Assembly: GCA_963736855.1 (NCBI GenBank)
Contig: CAVTQK010000015.1
Span: 448,001 to 512,000, forward strand
Origin: an uncultured delta proteobacterium
GTDB taxonomy: Bacteria; Desulfobacterota; Desulfobacteria; Desulfobacterales; UBA2156
DNA length: 64,000 nt
Direction: 5' to 3'
Shown: positions 1 to 10,013 of the stretch, piece by piece
Layout of the letters: each line of letters opens with the position of its first letter
How positions within the stretch are numbered: position 1 is the stretch's first letter
The notes under the pieces: generated by a model
What the model saw: the letters and a program-made list of their open reading frames with translations, nothing else
Database searches by the model: none
Told to the model about the DNA's origin: nothing
Program-made: the position numbers and the translations under genes

Positions 1-823
1 GGGAATCCCTTTCTTTTACGGTATTCACATAGTTTTTAAGCTCTGACAGGCTCATTTCCTCCTCGTCTTTGGGTGCGTCCGAAACCGCCGCAGCAGACTC
101 CTTCAGACTGAGGTTGATGTCATAGACTTCAAACCGAATGGTGTTTACGGATCGATCTTTCAGGTTCACCTGGTTGATGGTCCCGTTGAATAGACGCAGG
201 TGGACGGCGGATTGTTCGGGATCGCCGAGGAGTTTCCCTTCCGGGGCCAACACCGTCGAGACGATGTCCATTTTCCGCTGATCCTCGATGAATACATCCA
301 CCAACCGTTGCCGCTTAGTATCGGTCTGGTTGACGTACAACATCACCCCTTTAAAACTCTCGTTGAAAGTCCTTTCCTTGATGGCGATATCGGCATTGGA
401 AGAAGCGATCTGCATTGCCAGGGCCTTAAAGGAAAGCCGCCCCCAAGGCAAACCATAGATGGCCATGAAAGCGGTCAGAAGGCTTCCCATGAAGCAAAAC
501 AGTAAAACCGGGGGAAGAAGGCTGTAAATGCTGATTCCACCGGCTTTCAGGGCGATAATTTCGTTTTCACTCGACAGCCGCAGGAATGTCAGAAGCACCG
601 CCATCATAACGGACATGGGGATAACGAAAATTAGAAAAAAGGGCATAGCATATACCAGCATCCAAAAAACCGTCGACACGCCAACTCTGTGGTTGACGAT
701 GAAGGTGGTGATCTGAAGGATTTGGGTCATTAAAAAGATGAAGGTTAAGAATACCACGTTGATGGAAAACGGGGTCAGCATCAGGCTGAACAGATACCGA
801 TCGATGATGCGGTAGTATTTCAT
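1..823 (-). CDS. lptF: LPS export ABC transporter permease LptF (3' end runs off window)
   Basis: Own translation from ATG at 823 (RBS GAAGGA): MKYYRIIDRYLFSLMLTPF...LLTFLRLSSENEIIALKAGGIS, the LptF/G family signature; not in the ORF track. Confidence 0.85.
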   Translation of the reverse strand, partial: MKYYRIIDRYLFSLMLTPFSINVVFLTFIFLMTQILQITTFIVNHRVGVSTVFWMLVYAMPFFLIFVIPMSVMMAVLLTFLRLSSENEIIALKAGGISIYSLLPPVLLFCFMGSLLTAFMAIYGLPWGRLSFKALAMQIASSNADIAIKERTFNESFKGVMLYVNQTDTKRQRLVDVFIEDQRKMDIVSTVLAPEGKLLGDPEQSAVHLRLFNGTINQVNLKDRSVNTIRFEVYDINLSLKESAAAVSDAPKDEEEMSLSELKNYVNTVKERDS

Positions 824-877
824 TTCCTTCTATTCGGTCAACTGGGTCTGTATGATTTGTTTGGCTTTAAGGTGCCT

Positions 878-980
878 GCGGTTCAAGGGTCCGTGGGTTT
901 AATTAAATAACGGACTGATTTTCGCGATTCCCTTGACCCCCGAAACCCTGACCCCCGGGTCCTTCGGGTACCGGTACCCG
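878..980. repeat. Inverted degenerate octamer arrays plus a 16-bp perfect palindrome
   Basis: cggttcaa-gggtccgt-gggtttaa facing cttgaccc-ccgaaacc-ctgaccc-ccgggtcc; cgggtaccggtacccg at 965-980. Confidence 0.55.
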
Positions 981-996
981 ATATTTAAAATAAATC

Positions 997-1025
997 ATGT
1001 TATTTCAAATCTCAAAAGATGTCAA
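997..1025 (-). promoter_or_regulatory. Putative sigma70 promoter of lptF
   Basis: TTGACA-17 nt-TAACAT on the minus strand. Confidence 0.55.
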
Positions 1026-1111
1026 TATTTTACCCTGCACCGGATCCTGGAAAAATGCTGTAATTCGGGTACTGTCTTGACTTTCCGATCGCCTCCCGTT
1101 AGTGCATCGTC

Positions 1112-2677
1112 ATGAAAATGTTCTCACAAGATCGATATTGGCTCTTGGCCGTAATTTGGATCGGCTTTTTTTCGGTGTTGCGCCTCTGGGTAGCCGGCAA
1201 GTTTCCGCTGGTTCCTGACGAAACCAACTACTGGCAATGGAGCCGCTATCTGGCCTGGGGGTATTACGACCAGGCACCCATGATCGCCTGGGCGATCGGG
1301 TTGTGTACGGCATGGTTCGGACATACCGAAACAGCGGTCCGCCTCCCCTCGATCCTTGCCATGGCCGTTGCATCCGTCTACCTGGTCCGGGTGGCCCATC
1401 GTTGGGCAGGATCGGCTGCTGCGTGGCATACGGCACTTTTGACCCAGGGTGTTCTTCTATTTAATGTCGGTAGCCTCTTGGCCACGCCGGACGCCCTTCA
1501 GGCCGCAGCTTGGGCAGGTGCGAGCTATCACACGGCGAGGGCCCTGGAAAACGATCGAGGGTTTCAATGGCTGACGGCCGGTTTCTGGCTCGGGTTTGGA
1601 ATGCTCAGCAAGTACACCATGATTCTCTTTCCGGTCTCCGTCTTTTTCTTTATGCTGCTGCATCGGTCGTTTCGTATCAAGCTTGCGGGTATCGGGCCGT
1701 GGGCTGCCGTCCTTTTCGGACTGATCCTGTTTACGCCCGTGATTTACTGGAATGCCGAAAACCAGTGGAATTCTGTCCGCCACATAGCCCACATCGGTGG
1801 GGCAGACAATCCTTTCTTGTTGCATACCCGGTTCCTTATCGAATTCTTAGGGACCCAGATAGGGCTGTTGACTCCCCTGGTGTTTATTTTAGTCCTTTTG
1901 GCCTGGGTACATGCATTCAAAGAGACCGGCGACAGATCGTGGATCTACCGATACCTCTTTTTCACTTCTTTTTTCATGATCATCGGATTTTTTTTGTTAA
2001 GCCTGCATACCCGTGTATATGGGAACTGGTCGGGGGCGGGGTACCTGACAGGAGCCGTTCTCGCCGCCATTTTTTTCGGCGGCAATAATAGGACGGACGG
2101 CCGTGTCCGGATGAAATCCGCCGGACGATGGGTCTGGCCATGGGCCGTCGGCTCTGCCTATCTCATCAGCAGTCTGGTAGTCCTGCACGCGGTATATCCC
2201 TTTCTTCCGATTCCGCCGCAATGGGACCGGATCAGTTCGGAAGTTTACGGATGGCCGGAACTGGGAGCCAAAGCCCATGCCATGCAGGCTGAAATGCCGA
2301 ACCCGGATCGAACCTTCCTTTTCGGCCTGCATTACCAAGTGGCCAGCGAACTGGCCTTTTACACCCCCGGTAATCCGAAAACCGTCTCCATCAATCGGTG
2401 GGGGCGGCCCAATGTTTACGACTTTTGGTGGAAAGACAAAAACCTGAAGGAAAAAGATGCCATCGGGGTCACTTATGATCCAACGAGTCACACCCGCCAA
2501 CTGTCGAAGGTTTTTAAGCGGGTGGATCCACCGGAAAAACTTGAAATTGCCGCCCCGAAGCATTTGTCAAAATTTAATACTCCCCTAAAAGTTTTTTACC
2601 TCTACCGTTGCTATGGATTTAAAAAGGGGCTCCGATGGGTCCCGCCCCGAGGTTCAGACATCCGGAAAAGTGAGTGA
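1112..2677 (+). CDS. GT39/PMT_2 (ArnT-like) membrane glycosyltransferase
   Basis: PDETNYWQWSRYLAWGYYDQAPM motif, LSKYT, many TM helices. Confidence 0.85.
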   Translation: MKMFSQDRYWLLAVIWIGFFSVLRLWVAGKFPLVPDETNYWQWSRYLAWGYYDQAPMIAWAIGLCTAWFGHTETAVRLPSILAMAVASVYLVRVAHRWAGSAAAWHTALLTQGVLLFNVGSLLATPDALQAAAWAGASYHTARALENDRGFQWLTAGFWLGFGMLSKYTMILFPVSVFFFMLLHRSFRIKLAGIGPWAAVLFGLILFTPVIYWNAENQWNSVRHIAHIGGADNPFLLHTRFLIEFLGTQIGLLTPLVFILVLLAWVHAFKETGDRSWIYRYLFFTSFFMIIGFFLLSLHTRVYGNWSGAGYLTGAVLAAIFFGGNNRTDGRVRMKSAGRWVWPWAVGSAYLISSLVVLHAVYPFLPIPPQWDRISSEVYGWPELGAKAHAMQAEMPNPDRTFLFGLHYQVASELAFYTPGNPKTVSINRWGRPNVYDFWWKDKNLKEKDAIGVTYDPTSHTRQLSKVFKRVDPPEKLEIAAPKHLSKFNTPLKVFYLYRCYGFKKGLRWVPPRGSDIRKSE

Positions 2678-2729
2678 ACCGAAACCGAGAATACATCCCG
2701 AGTCCCTCCAGATTGGGACCATGGGATCT

Positions 2730-3449
2730 TCAATCGATTCGGTGGAGTCTTTTGATTTTAAATAATTCCTGAAAAATGAAAAGGGATTTTTTGATGCTGT
2801 CATACTGGATCCGGGAATCCCCGATATGGCTCCAGTTCACCGGAAACTCCCCCGTACGGAAACCCATCCCTTTGGCCAGCCAAAGGATTTCCGGATCAAA
2901 GATGACGCTTGAAAGCTTTTGTCGATAAAAAAGGGCCTTGGCGGCCGGACGAATGAACATCTTGAATCCACACTGGGTATCCCGATAGGAAATGCCCAAG
3001 TAACGATTCTGGATCATCGTGTAGATTCTGGCCGAAAACTCCCTGGCCAAATTCTGATGAGCCAATACGTGGGATCCGCCCAGGGACCGGGATCCGATGG
3101 CGATGTCGTACCCCTTCCGAAGAAGTAACCATCCCTTTTCCATCTCTTCAACAGGAACAGAGTAATCCGCGTCCATGAACATGAGGATGTTGCCGCTCCC
3201 TTCCCGCATTCCGGTACGTACGGCATACCCTTTTCCGCGGTTGGGATGGTATTCGATGACTCGAAATCCAACCGAGTGTCCCTGACCCAGCCTTTCCGCA
3301 ACCGCCCGGGTGTCATCCGTGCTCCCATCACTGACAACAATTACCTCGCTTGAATAAGGACGGCGATCTAAGTAGACCAAGGTCTCTTCGAGGGTGGTGA
3401 CAATCCGGTCCTCCTCATTATAAGCCGGGATTATGATGGAGAGGTCCAT
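2730..3449 (-). CDS. GT2 polyprenyl/dolichyl-phosphate glycosyltransferase
   Basis: LSIIIPAYNEE, NRGKGYAVRTG, FMDAD, DTQCGFK. Confidence 0.9.
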   Translation of the reverse strand: MDLSIIIPAYNEEDRIVTTLEETLVYLDRRPYSSEVIVVSDGSTDDTRAVAERLGQGHSVGFRVIEYHPNRGKGYAVRTGMREGSGNILMFMDADYSVPVEEMEKGWLLLRKGYDIAIGSRSLGGSHVLAHQNLAREFSARIYTMIQNRYLGISYRDTQCGFKMFIRPAAKALFYRQKLSSVIFDPEILWLAKGMGFRTGEFPVNWSHIGDSRIQYDSIKKSLFIFQELFKIKRLHRID

Positions 3450-3491
3450 AAGCCTTTTCGTATATTCACATCTGAAATTTTGGAATCCGAC

Positions 3492-4220
3492 TCATGCAGG
3501 ATCGTCTGTAGGAGCTTTTAATACTGCTTCCCTATCACCCGTGGCGATAAGCACACTCAAAAGCCATGCAACAAGATAGACCATCATTCCGGCAAAGATC
3601 ACATCGGAAACAAAATGGCTTCCCTGCATGATGCGGACCAGGCCGATCACAAAACCGCAGATCAACGCTAGCCCCATCCATTTTTTCCGGTGATGGTGCG
3701 AAAGGAATGCAAAACCGAAAAGGTAAAAACCCATGGAGGCATGGCCGCTGACAAAGGCACAATTTTGCATGCATTCGTTCGACATGACCCAGGCGGAAGT
3801 AAAGCGCTTCTGGCCCCCGAACTCTTGGACCTGATCCGGTCTGGCCCGACCCCAGTTATCTTTGAACAGGACGTTCACCATCAGCCCGGGCCCGATGGCC
3901 AGAACCAGAATAAGATAGACGATTTTTTTTCGGTCAAACAGGAAAATCGGCTTTCTCCTCACAAGGACGATGAGCAACAGAAGGGGAAGCCCCAAAGCCA
4001 GGAATCCGGAAAAAACTTCCACAAAACGGTAGATCAGGGTGCAAAACAGGAGGTCCTTTAAAAAAAAATGCTTTTCCGGATTATAGAAGAGGCCGCTGAC
4101 ACTCAAATCGATTTCAGGAAATAAAACAACTGCAGTCCCTGCAATCGCAAAAAAACCGAGTACCGCCAGGAATCCACCCGCCCCTTTGACCCTCTGAGCC
4201 CTCTGTTTGGCGTAAGTCAT
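3492..4220 (-). CDS. PAP2-family membrane phosphatase, LpxF/LpxE-like lipid A phosphatase
   Basis: KDNWGRARP, FVSGHAS, RIMQGSHFVSD motifs; directly downstream of msbA. Confidence 0.8.
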   Translation of the reverse strand: MTYAKQRAQRVKGAGGFLAVLGFFAIAGTAVVLFPEIDLSVSGLFYNPEKHFFLKDLLFCTLIYRFVEVFSGFLALGLPLLLLIVLVRRKPIFLFDRKKIVYLILVLAIGPGLMVNVLFKDNWGRARPDQVQEFGGQKRFTSAWVMSNECMQNCAFVSGHASMGFYLFGFAFLSHHHRKKWMGLALICGFVIGLVRIMQGSHFVSDVIFAGMMVYLVAWLLSVLIATGDREAVLKAPTDDPA

Positions 4221-4228
4221 CGGCCGTC

Positions 4229-6030
4229 CTATCCTGGAAGAGAGACGGGTGATGAAGCGGTGCTTATGTCCTCCGGCCGGTCCCCGTTGTTGAAAAACTG
4301 CATCTGATACAGTTTGAAGTATTCTCCATTGAGAGCCATGAGGCTCTCATGAGTCCCCTCCTCCACAATTCGGCCGTTGACGATGACAATGATCCGATGC
4401 GCGTAACCGATGGTGGAAAGTCGATGCGCGATGACGAAGGTCGTCCGTCCCCGCATCAGGTTTTCGATGGCCTTTTGAACCAGCATCTCCGACTCCGTAT
4501 CCAGCGAAGATGTGGCCTCATCCAGGATCAAAATCGGGGCATCCTTGAGTAAGGCTCGGGCGATGCAGATCCGTTGCTTTTCGCCGCCGCTGAGCCGCAT
4601 CCCCAGTTCACCGATGCAGGTTGCATACCCTTGAGGGAGCTGGGATATAAACTCGTGGGCGTATGCCGCCCTGGCCGCTTCCTGAATGTCCGCCTCCGAC
4701 GCCCCGGACTTGCCATAGGCGATGTTGTCTCGCACCGATTCGTTAAACAGAATCGATTCCTGGGTCACTATGGCGACCTGTCTTCTTAAAGAAGCCAACT
4801 GCACCTTCCGGATATCGACATCGTCGATGAGGAGCGTCCCTTCCGTGACATCGAAGAACCGTGGGATGAGGTTCACCAGGGTCGTCTTCCCCCCCCGCTC
4901 ATTCCCACAATAGCCAGGATCTCTCCGGTTTTTACTTCCAGGCTGATGCCCTTCAACACCCAATCGGTATCGTATTTAAAAGAAACGTCTCGGAACGAAA
5001 CCGAATGGGGACCCGTGGGTATTTCCGGAGCACCCGGTTCCTCCACAATGTCCGAATCCCGTTCGATGATATCAAAAATCCGGTCGGCCGCCGCAAGGCC
5101 TTCCTGGATGGAATTGTTGAGGCCGCTCAATTTTTTGACAGGGTCATAAAGCATCAGGACGGCGGCCATAAAGGAAAAAAAGGTCCCGGGGCTGGAGGCG
5201 CCCGTGATGACTCGATATCCGCCGTACCCGATGATGAAAGCGATTCCGAGGCCGCCGAGAAACTCCATGATCGGGGAAGAGAGGGAACGGGCGATGACCG
5301 CCTTCATCTCCAGCCCAAACAGCTCTGAAGTCTTTTCAAAAAACCGTCTCTTCTCGTAGCTCTCCATCCCGAATGCCTTTATGATCTTGTTTCCCATAAA
5401 GGTTTCATGCAAAAATGAGTTCAGATTCGCCATGGCTTCCTGACACCCCGTGCTAACCCGCCGAACCCTTTTTCCGAATTCCACGATAGGATAAAAAGCC
5501 ATGGGCAGAATGATCAGAGCGTACAAGGCCAGCTTCCAGTCCCGGTAAAAAATCACCCCGGTCAAACCGATGATGGTGAAGCAGTCCCTGAGCGCACTGG
5601 TAAAAGCCGTGGAGACCATGGATTTGAGGATGTTGACATCGTTGGTGATCCGCGACATGAGGACACCGGTCCGCTCCTTTTGAAAAAAGGATACGGGCAG
5701 GTCCTGGATGTGGACGTACAGACTATCCCGAAGCCTCTTGATGATGCTCTGCCCCACGTGATTCATCAAATATTCCTGGCCGTACTGGCCGAGCCCGCGA
5801 AGGAAATAAATCAGGATGACTACGGCAGGGATGATTTTAAGCATTTTGATATTTTTATTGAAAAAAATATCATCCAAAACCGGTTTGACCAGATACGCCG
5901 AAAAGGCGGTGGAAGCGGCCACCACCAGCATACACCCCATAGCCTCCAACAGCCGAAACCAATGTTCCCGGATGAGCAACAGGACCCGTTTATGGCGGTC
6001 CTTGAAGATGAGCGCGCTGACTTTGCTCAT
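4229..6030 (-). CDS. msbA: Lipid A flippase MsbA (apparent 1-nt deletion at 4889-4896)
   Basis: TMD in ORF 4873-6156 and NBD in ORF 4229-4963 (LSGGEKQR, ILDEATS); Walker A GMSGGGKTT split in a G8 run that needs G9. Confidence 0.88.
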
Positions 6031-6064
6031 GATTTTTCGGAAACACAAACCCTGTCTTTGATTG

Positions 6065-6748
6065 TCATTCAATGACGTGTCCGAACCCCCTGTCTGCCTT
6101 GAAGGTGATCCGCCGCAGCTCTTGTTCCAGACGCCCCAGTCTCTCCTGAAGTACAACCGGATCGGCGTCGGTCGGCACGATCACCGGATCTCCATACACA
6201 ACTTTGCAGACGGTAAACGGCAGGGGAAGGATGAACCGGTCCCAGCTTGAAAAAACCTTCATCCTCCGGGCGCTGTAAGTAATCGGGATAACGGGATATC
6301 CGGTTTTTTTAGCCAACAGCACCACCCCGGGCTGAGCCCTGAACCGCGGGCCCTGGGGGCCGTCCGGCACCACCACTCCGGGCCTGGTGGGTTTCTCCTG
6401 AATACGGCGGATCTGCTCGGCCAGTGCCCGACCCCCTTTTTTAGAGGTGGATCCCCGCACCGTGCAGTGACCCTGTCGTTTCAACACCCGGGCCATGTAT
6501 TCTCCATCTCTCGAAGCGCTCACAAGAATCACCCCTCCCCAGCCCTGATACAGATAGCTGATCAACAAAATCCGAGAATGCCAGAAAGCAAATATGAATC
6601 GCCGGGATTCCAGGATGGACCGGACCTTTTCCCGCCCTTCAGATTCAACCTTGGCGGTGGCAAACCAGGCATCTACAAAGGCTTTGCCGATGCTGCCGAT
6701 CAGTTCCCATTTGAACTCTTCCCACTTCATGGCATATTGTTTTTTCAT
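6065..6748 (-). CDS. DUF374 lysophospholipid acyltransferase-like protein (LpxJ-like)
   Basis: FAFWHSR, SASRDGE, VRGST, PDGPQGP, SWDRFILPLPF. Confidence 0.8.
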   Translation of the reverse strand: MKKQYAMKWEEFKWELIGSIGKAFVDAWFATAKVESEGREKVRSILESRRFIFAFWHSRILLISYLYQGWGGVILVSASRDGEYMARVLKRQGHCTVRGSTSKKGGRALAEQIRRIQEKPTRPGVVVPDGPQGPRFRAQPGVVLLAKKTGYPVIPITYSARRMKVFSSWDRFILPLPFTVCKVVYGDPVIVPTDADPVVLQERLGRLEQELRRITFKADRGFGHVIE

Positions 6749-6773
6749 GGATAAAACCCCGATGCCGCATCGG

Positions 6774-7949
6774 TCATGCAACCTGCGGGTTGTTGCTTTC
6801 CATGAGTCGAAAGGCGATATCGGCCGTCCGGTCGGATGCGCCTCTTCCCCCCAAAAGGGACCTGAGCCGGTTACATTCCTCTATAATTTGATCCTTGTAG
6901 TCCGTATCCGTCAGCATGCGATGGCATCGTTCGGCAAGGGTTTGGGGTGTAGCCTCTTTTTGAATCAGCTCCGGCTGGATCTCCTTTCCAGCGATCAGGT
7001 TGGCCAGTCCGATGTGAGGGACTTTGATCAGCATCCTCCCTACCCAAAAACTGATGGGCGATACCCGATAGCAAATGACACACGGAACACCGGAAAGGGC
7101 CGCTTCCAGGGTCACCGTTCCCGATGTTGCCATGACCAGTTCCACCCGCTGTAATATTTTTTGCACGTTTGCTTCGGACAATTCACACGGGATATTCGAT
7201 CCCGATCGCTGGAGGATTCTCTCTACTCGGGCTTTTCCCACCGTATGCGCAGCGGAAACGACAAATTCCAGATCCGGATGCCGGACCTTCAGGATCCCGG
7301 CAGCCTCCAGCATAATGGGGAGATGCCGTTCCACCTCCCGCTCTCTGGACCCCGGAAGAATGCCCACCGTCCGATGCCGATGCGTTTCCGGGTCTTTTGC
7401 TGTTTCAACCCGTTCTTCTTCGGCATCCAGTAGTGGATGCCCCACAAAGGTCACCGGGATGTTCCATTTTTCGTAAAAGGCCTCTTCGAACGGAAGGATG
7501 ACTGCCAGGTGATCCACCAGTTCCTTGAGTCTCGCCGCCCGACCCTGTCGCCATGCCCACAACTGGGGGCTGATGTAGTACAACACCGGGATCCCCAGCT
7601 TCTTTGCCGTGGGCGCCACTCTGAGATTGAAATCGGGAAAATCGACCAGGATGACCAGATCGGGCTTCAGATTCTTCAAGAGGCTTTTGACAAGCGCCAT
7701 CCCCTTAAGGATGACCGGCAGCTTGGCCAGAGACTCGGTGACACCCACGGCGGTCACCGCACCGGCCTCCATCAGGATTCTAGCGCCGGCCTCCCGCATG
7801 GCCTGTCCCCCGATCCCGCAAAAGAAAAGGGACGGTTCCTTCTTTTTCATGGAGCGTACGAGGTTGGCTGCATGAAGGTCGCCGGATGCTTCTCCGACAA
7901 CGATGATGACACAGCGGCCCCGCCTTTTTTCCTCTTTTACCTCTCCCAT
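6774..7949 (-). CDS. lpxB: Lipid-A-disaccharide synthase
   Basis: GEASGDLH, VDFPDFN, SPQLWAWR, LPGSR, SGTVTLE. Confidence 0.95.
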   Translation of the reverse strand: MGEVKEEKRRGRCVIIVVGEASGDLHAANLVRSMKKKEPSLFFCGIGGQAMREAGARILMEAGAVTAVGVTESLAKLPVILKGMALVKSLLKNLKPDLVILVDFPDFNLRVAPTAKKLGIPVLYYISPQLWAWRQGRAARLKELVDHLAVILPFEEAFYEKWNIPVTFVGHPLLDAEEERVETAKDPETHRHRTVGILPGSREREVERHLPIMLEAAGILKVRHPDLEFVVSAAHTVGKARVERILQRSGSNIPCELSEANVQKILQRVELVMATSGTVTLEAALSGVPCVICYRVSPISFWVGRMLIKVPHIGLANLIAGKEIQPELIQKEATPQTLAERCHRMLTDTDYKDQIIEECNRLRSLLGGRGASDRTADIAFRLMESNNPQVA

Positions 7950-7950
7950 T

Positions 7951-8916
7951 TCACAACGCACCCTTCAACAATGGATAGCTGGTGGTGCGGATTTGATCCA
8001 TGATCTGAAGCGCGATCCGAAGGGCGTTGCGTCCCGCCTCGCCACTGACCAGGGGCGGTCTTCGATAGCGTGCGGATTCAATGAAGGCTTTCAGTTCCGC
8101 TTCCAGGGTGTCTTCTTTGGGGAAAGCGAGCCGGCGGATCCGCATTCCCGGGATGAGGCTGTCCGGTTCACCTTCACCCTTGTCAATGACCGTAATTTCC
8201 TGGTCGGAAAAATTAACCGAAATATACTGATCTTTTTGAAACAGTCTAAGTTTCCTTTCGTTTTTAAGGGAAATGCGGCTGGCTGTGATATTGGCGATGC
8301 ATCCGTTTTCAAATTCCATCCGTGCGTTGGCGATATCCACATGCTCGGAGACGAGGGGCATCCCCGCAGCCCGGATTTCCCTCAGCCCCACATTGACGAA
8401 ATTCAGGATGATATCGATATCGTGGATCATAAGGTCGAGAACAACACTCACATCCGTGCAACGGGGTTTGTACTGGCTCAACCGGTGTGATTCGATGAAG
8501 AGGGGAGTCCTGACGATCCCCTTCAAGGCCAGCACCGCGGGGTTAAACCTCTCCAGGTGTCCAACTTGGATGAATCGACCATGGGACCTGGCGATCTCGA
8601 TGAGTTCATCGGCCTCCTCTAGGGTAGTGGTAATGGGTTTTTCGAGGAGGACATCCACATCCTCCTTCAAAAAATCTTTCGCGATGCTGAAATGATTTGG
8701 GGTGGAAACGGCGATGCTTACGGCATCGACCATTCCGAGAATCTCGCGGTGGTCTCCGTAAGAGCGGGTCCCCACGCTCCGGCCCACTGTTTTAGCCCGA
8801 TCCGCGTCGATGTCCACGACGCCTACCAGCTCCGCCTCCGGGATCTTTAGATATTTTTCGGCGTGGTACCGGCCCAGGTACCCGACTCCGATCACGCCCA
8901 CCCGCACCTTTTTCAT
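7951..8916 (-). CDS. Gfo/Idh/MocA oxidoreductase, GnnA-like (UDP-GlcNAc 3-dehydrogenase)
   Basis: GVGYLG, EKP, VGHLERFNPA, DLMIHDID; located between lpxA/lpxI and lpxB. Confidence 0.75.
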   Translation of the reverse strand: MKKVRVGVIGVGYLGRYHAEKYLKIPEAELVGVVDIDADRAKTVGRSVGTRSYGDHREILGMVDAVSIAVSTPNHFSIAKDFLKEDVDVLLEKPITTTLEEADELIEIARSHGRFIQVGHLERFNPAVLALKGIVRTPLFIESHRLSQYKPRCTDVSVVLDLMIHDIDIILNFVNVGLREIRAAGMPLVSEHVDIANARMEFENGCIANITASRISLKNERKLRLFQKDQYISVNFSDQEITVIDKGEGEPDSLIPGMRIRRLAFPKEDTLEAELKAFIESARYRRPPLVSGEAGRNALRIALQIMDQIRTTSYPLLKGAL

Positions 8917-8988
8917 GGATCCTATCTATCGTATCTGCTTAGATTGTTCCGAGGCTTGATCATCTTATTACCCATCTCGTATTCCTCT

Positions 8989-9861
8989 TTACTTGTCACC
9001 GACCTCCGGCCCTTGATCCATGTTTTTCATCCCCACGATGGCAATCCCAAAACGATCGGCGAGAGCGATCATTTCCTGTCGATCGAATACCACGGTCTTT
9101 CCCGCCTCTACGGCCAGGGCGCCGACACCGGCATCGTACATGGTCTGCACCGTCTGCATCCCCACCGCGGGAATGTCGAAGCGCGTATCTTGGTTCGGCT
9201 TGCATACTTTCACCGCTACAGCGCCTCCCTTTCCCAGCTGTCCCCCCCTGGATATGGCGGCATCCGTCCCTTCGATGGCTTCCACCGCCAGTATGGTCCC
9301 TCCGGCTACCACCACACACTGCCCGATATCCAGCCCGCCGATATCCCTGGCACATTTCCATCCGAAAGCGATATCTGCAGCCTCGGACCGGTTCGGGCGT
9401 CTTTGGGTCCAGACCCCCTCAGGCGCCAAAAGATCCGGGAGTAAAAAGGTGGAGGGTCGGATCCGGATCCCCTCCTTTTCCAGAACGCCCGCAAAAGACC
9501 TCAGCATACCGTCATCGTGGGTGCTGAACATTTTGAGCAAAAGGGAAATGGCCTTGGAATCAGGCTTGACGTCCGAAAACATGCGCGTCTTTTTAATGGA
9601 TCCCATCATGACCGTCTCCACGACCTGATTCTTTTTAAAAAACCGAATGAGGCGTCGGACCTGCCCCAGGTGCATCCATTCGATGGCTTCCACCCCATCG
9701 GCCAACCGGGGATCCGCCTCGTTCAGATATGCTGCGGCATAGATAGAAAGCCCTTTTTCTTTCGCCTTTTTTGCAAAAAGCAGGGGAAATTGTCCGCCCC
9801 CGGCAATCAAACCGATACGGTCGCCGGCGGTCAGATGTCTCACGATCCCGTTCTTTTTCAT
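8989..9861 (-). CDS. lpxI: UDP-2,3-diacylglucosamine diphosphatase LpxI
   Basis: GLIAGGGQFP, DIGQCVVV, AVEAIEGTD, QDTRFDIPAVG. Confidence 0.92.
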   Translation of the reverse strand: MKKNGIVRHLTAGDRIGLIAGGGQFPLLFAKKAKEKGLSIYAAAYLNEADPRLADGVEAIEWMHLGQVRRLIRFFKKNQVVETVMMGSIKKTRMFSDVKPDSKAISLLLKMFSTHDDGMLRSFAGVLEKEGIRIRPSTFLLPDLLAPEGVWTQRRPNRSEAADIAFGWKCARDIGGLDIGQCVVVAGGTILAVEAIEGTDAAISRGGQLGKGGAVAVKVCKPNQDTRFDIPAVGMQTVQTMYDAGVGALAVEAGKTVVFDRQEMIALADRFGIAIVGMKNMDQGPEVGDK

Positions 9862-10013
9862 GTTTTTAAAAGTCTATATATCTTTCACCCTCTCCTCATC
9901 CTGGTTCCTTTCCTCCGGTCTGTGGGGAACGGGAAGGGTGAAGGTTTTATTGATGAAAAAACAAAAATGCAATCCTTAATTGACGTTGGGGGTGCCCCGA
10001 TCCAAGCAGCGTA

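Noticed and set aside
4889..4896. Phase variation or programmed frameshift of msbA at a G8 tract
   Set aside because: Normally essential gene with both halves intact; a homopolymer sequencing error is more parsimonious. Needs reads to exclude slippage.
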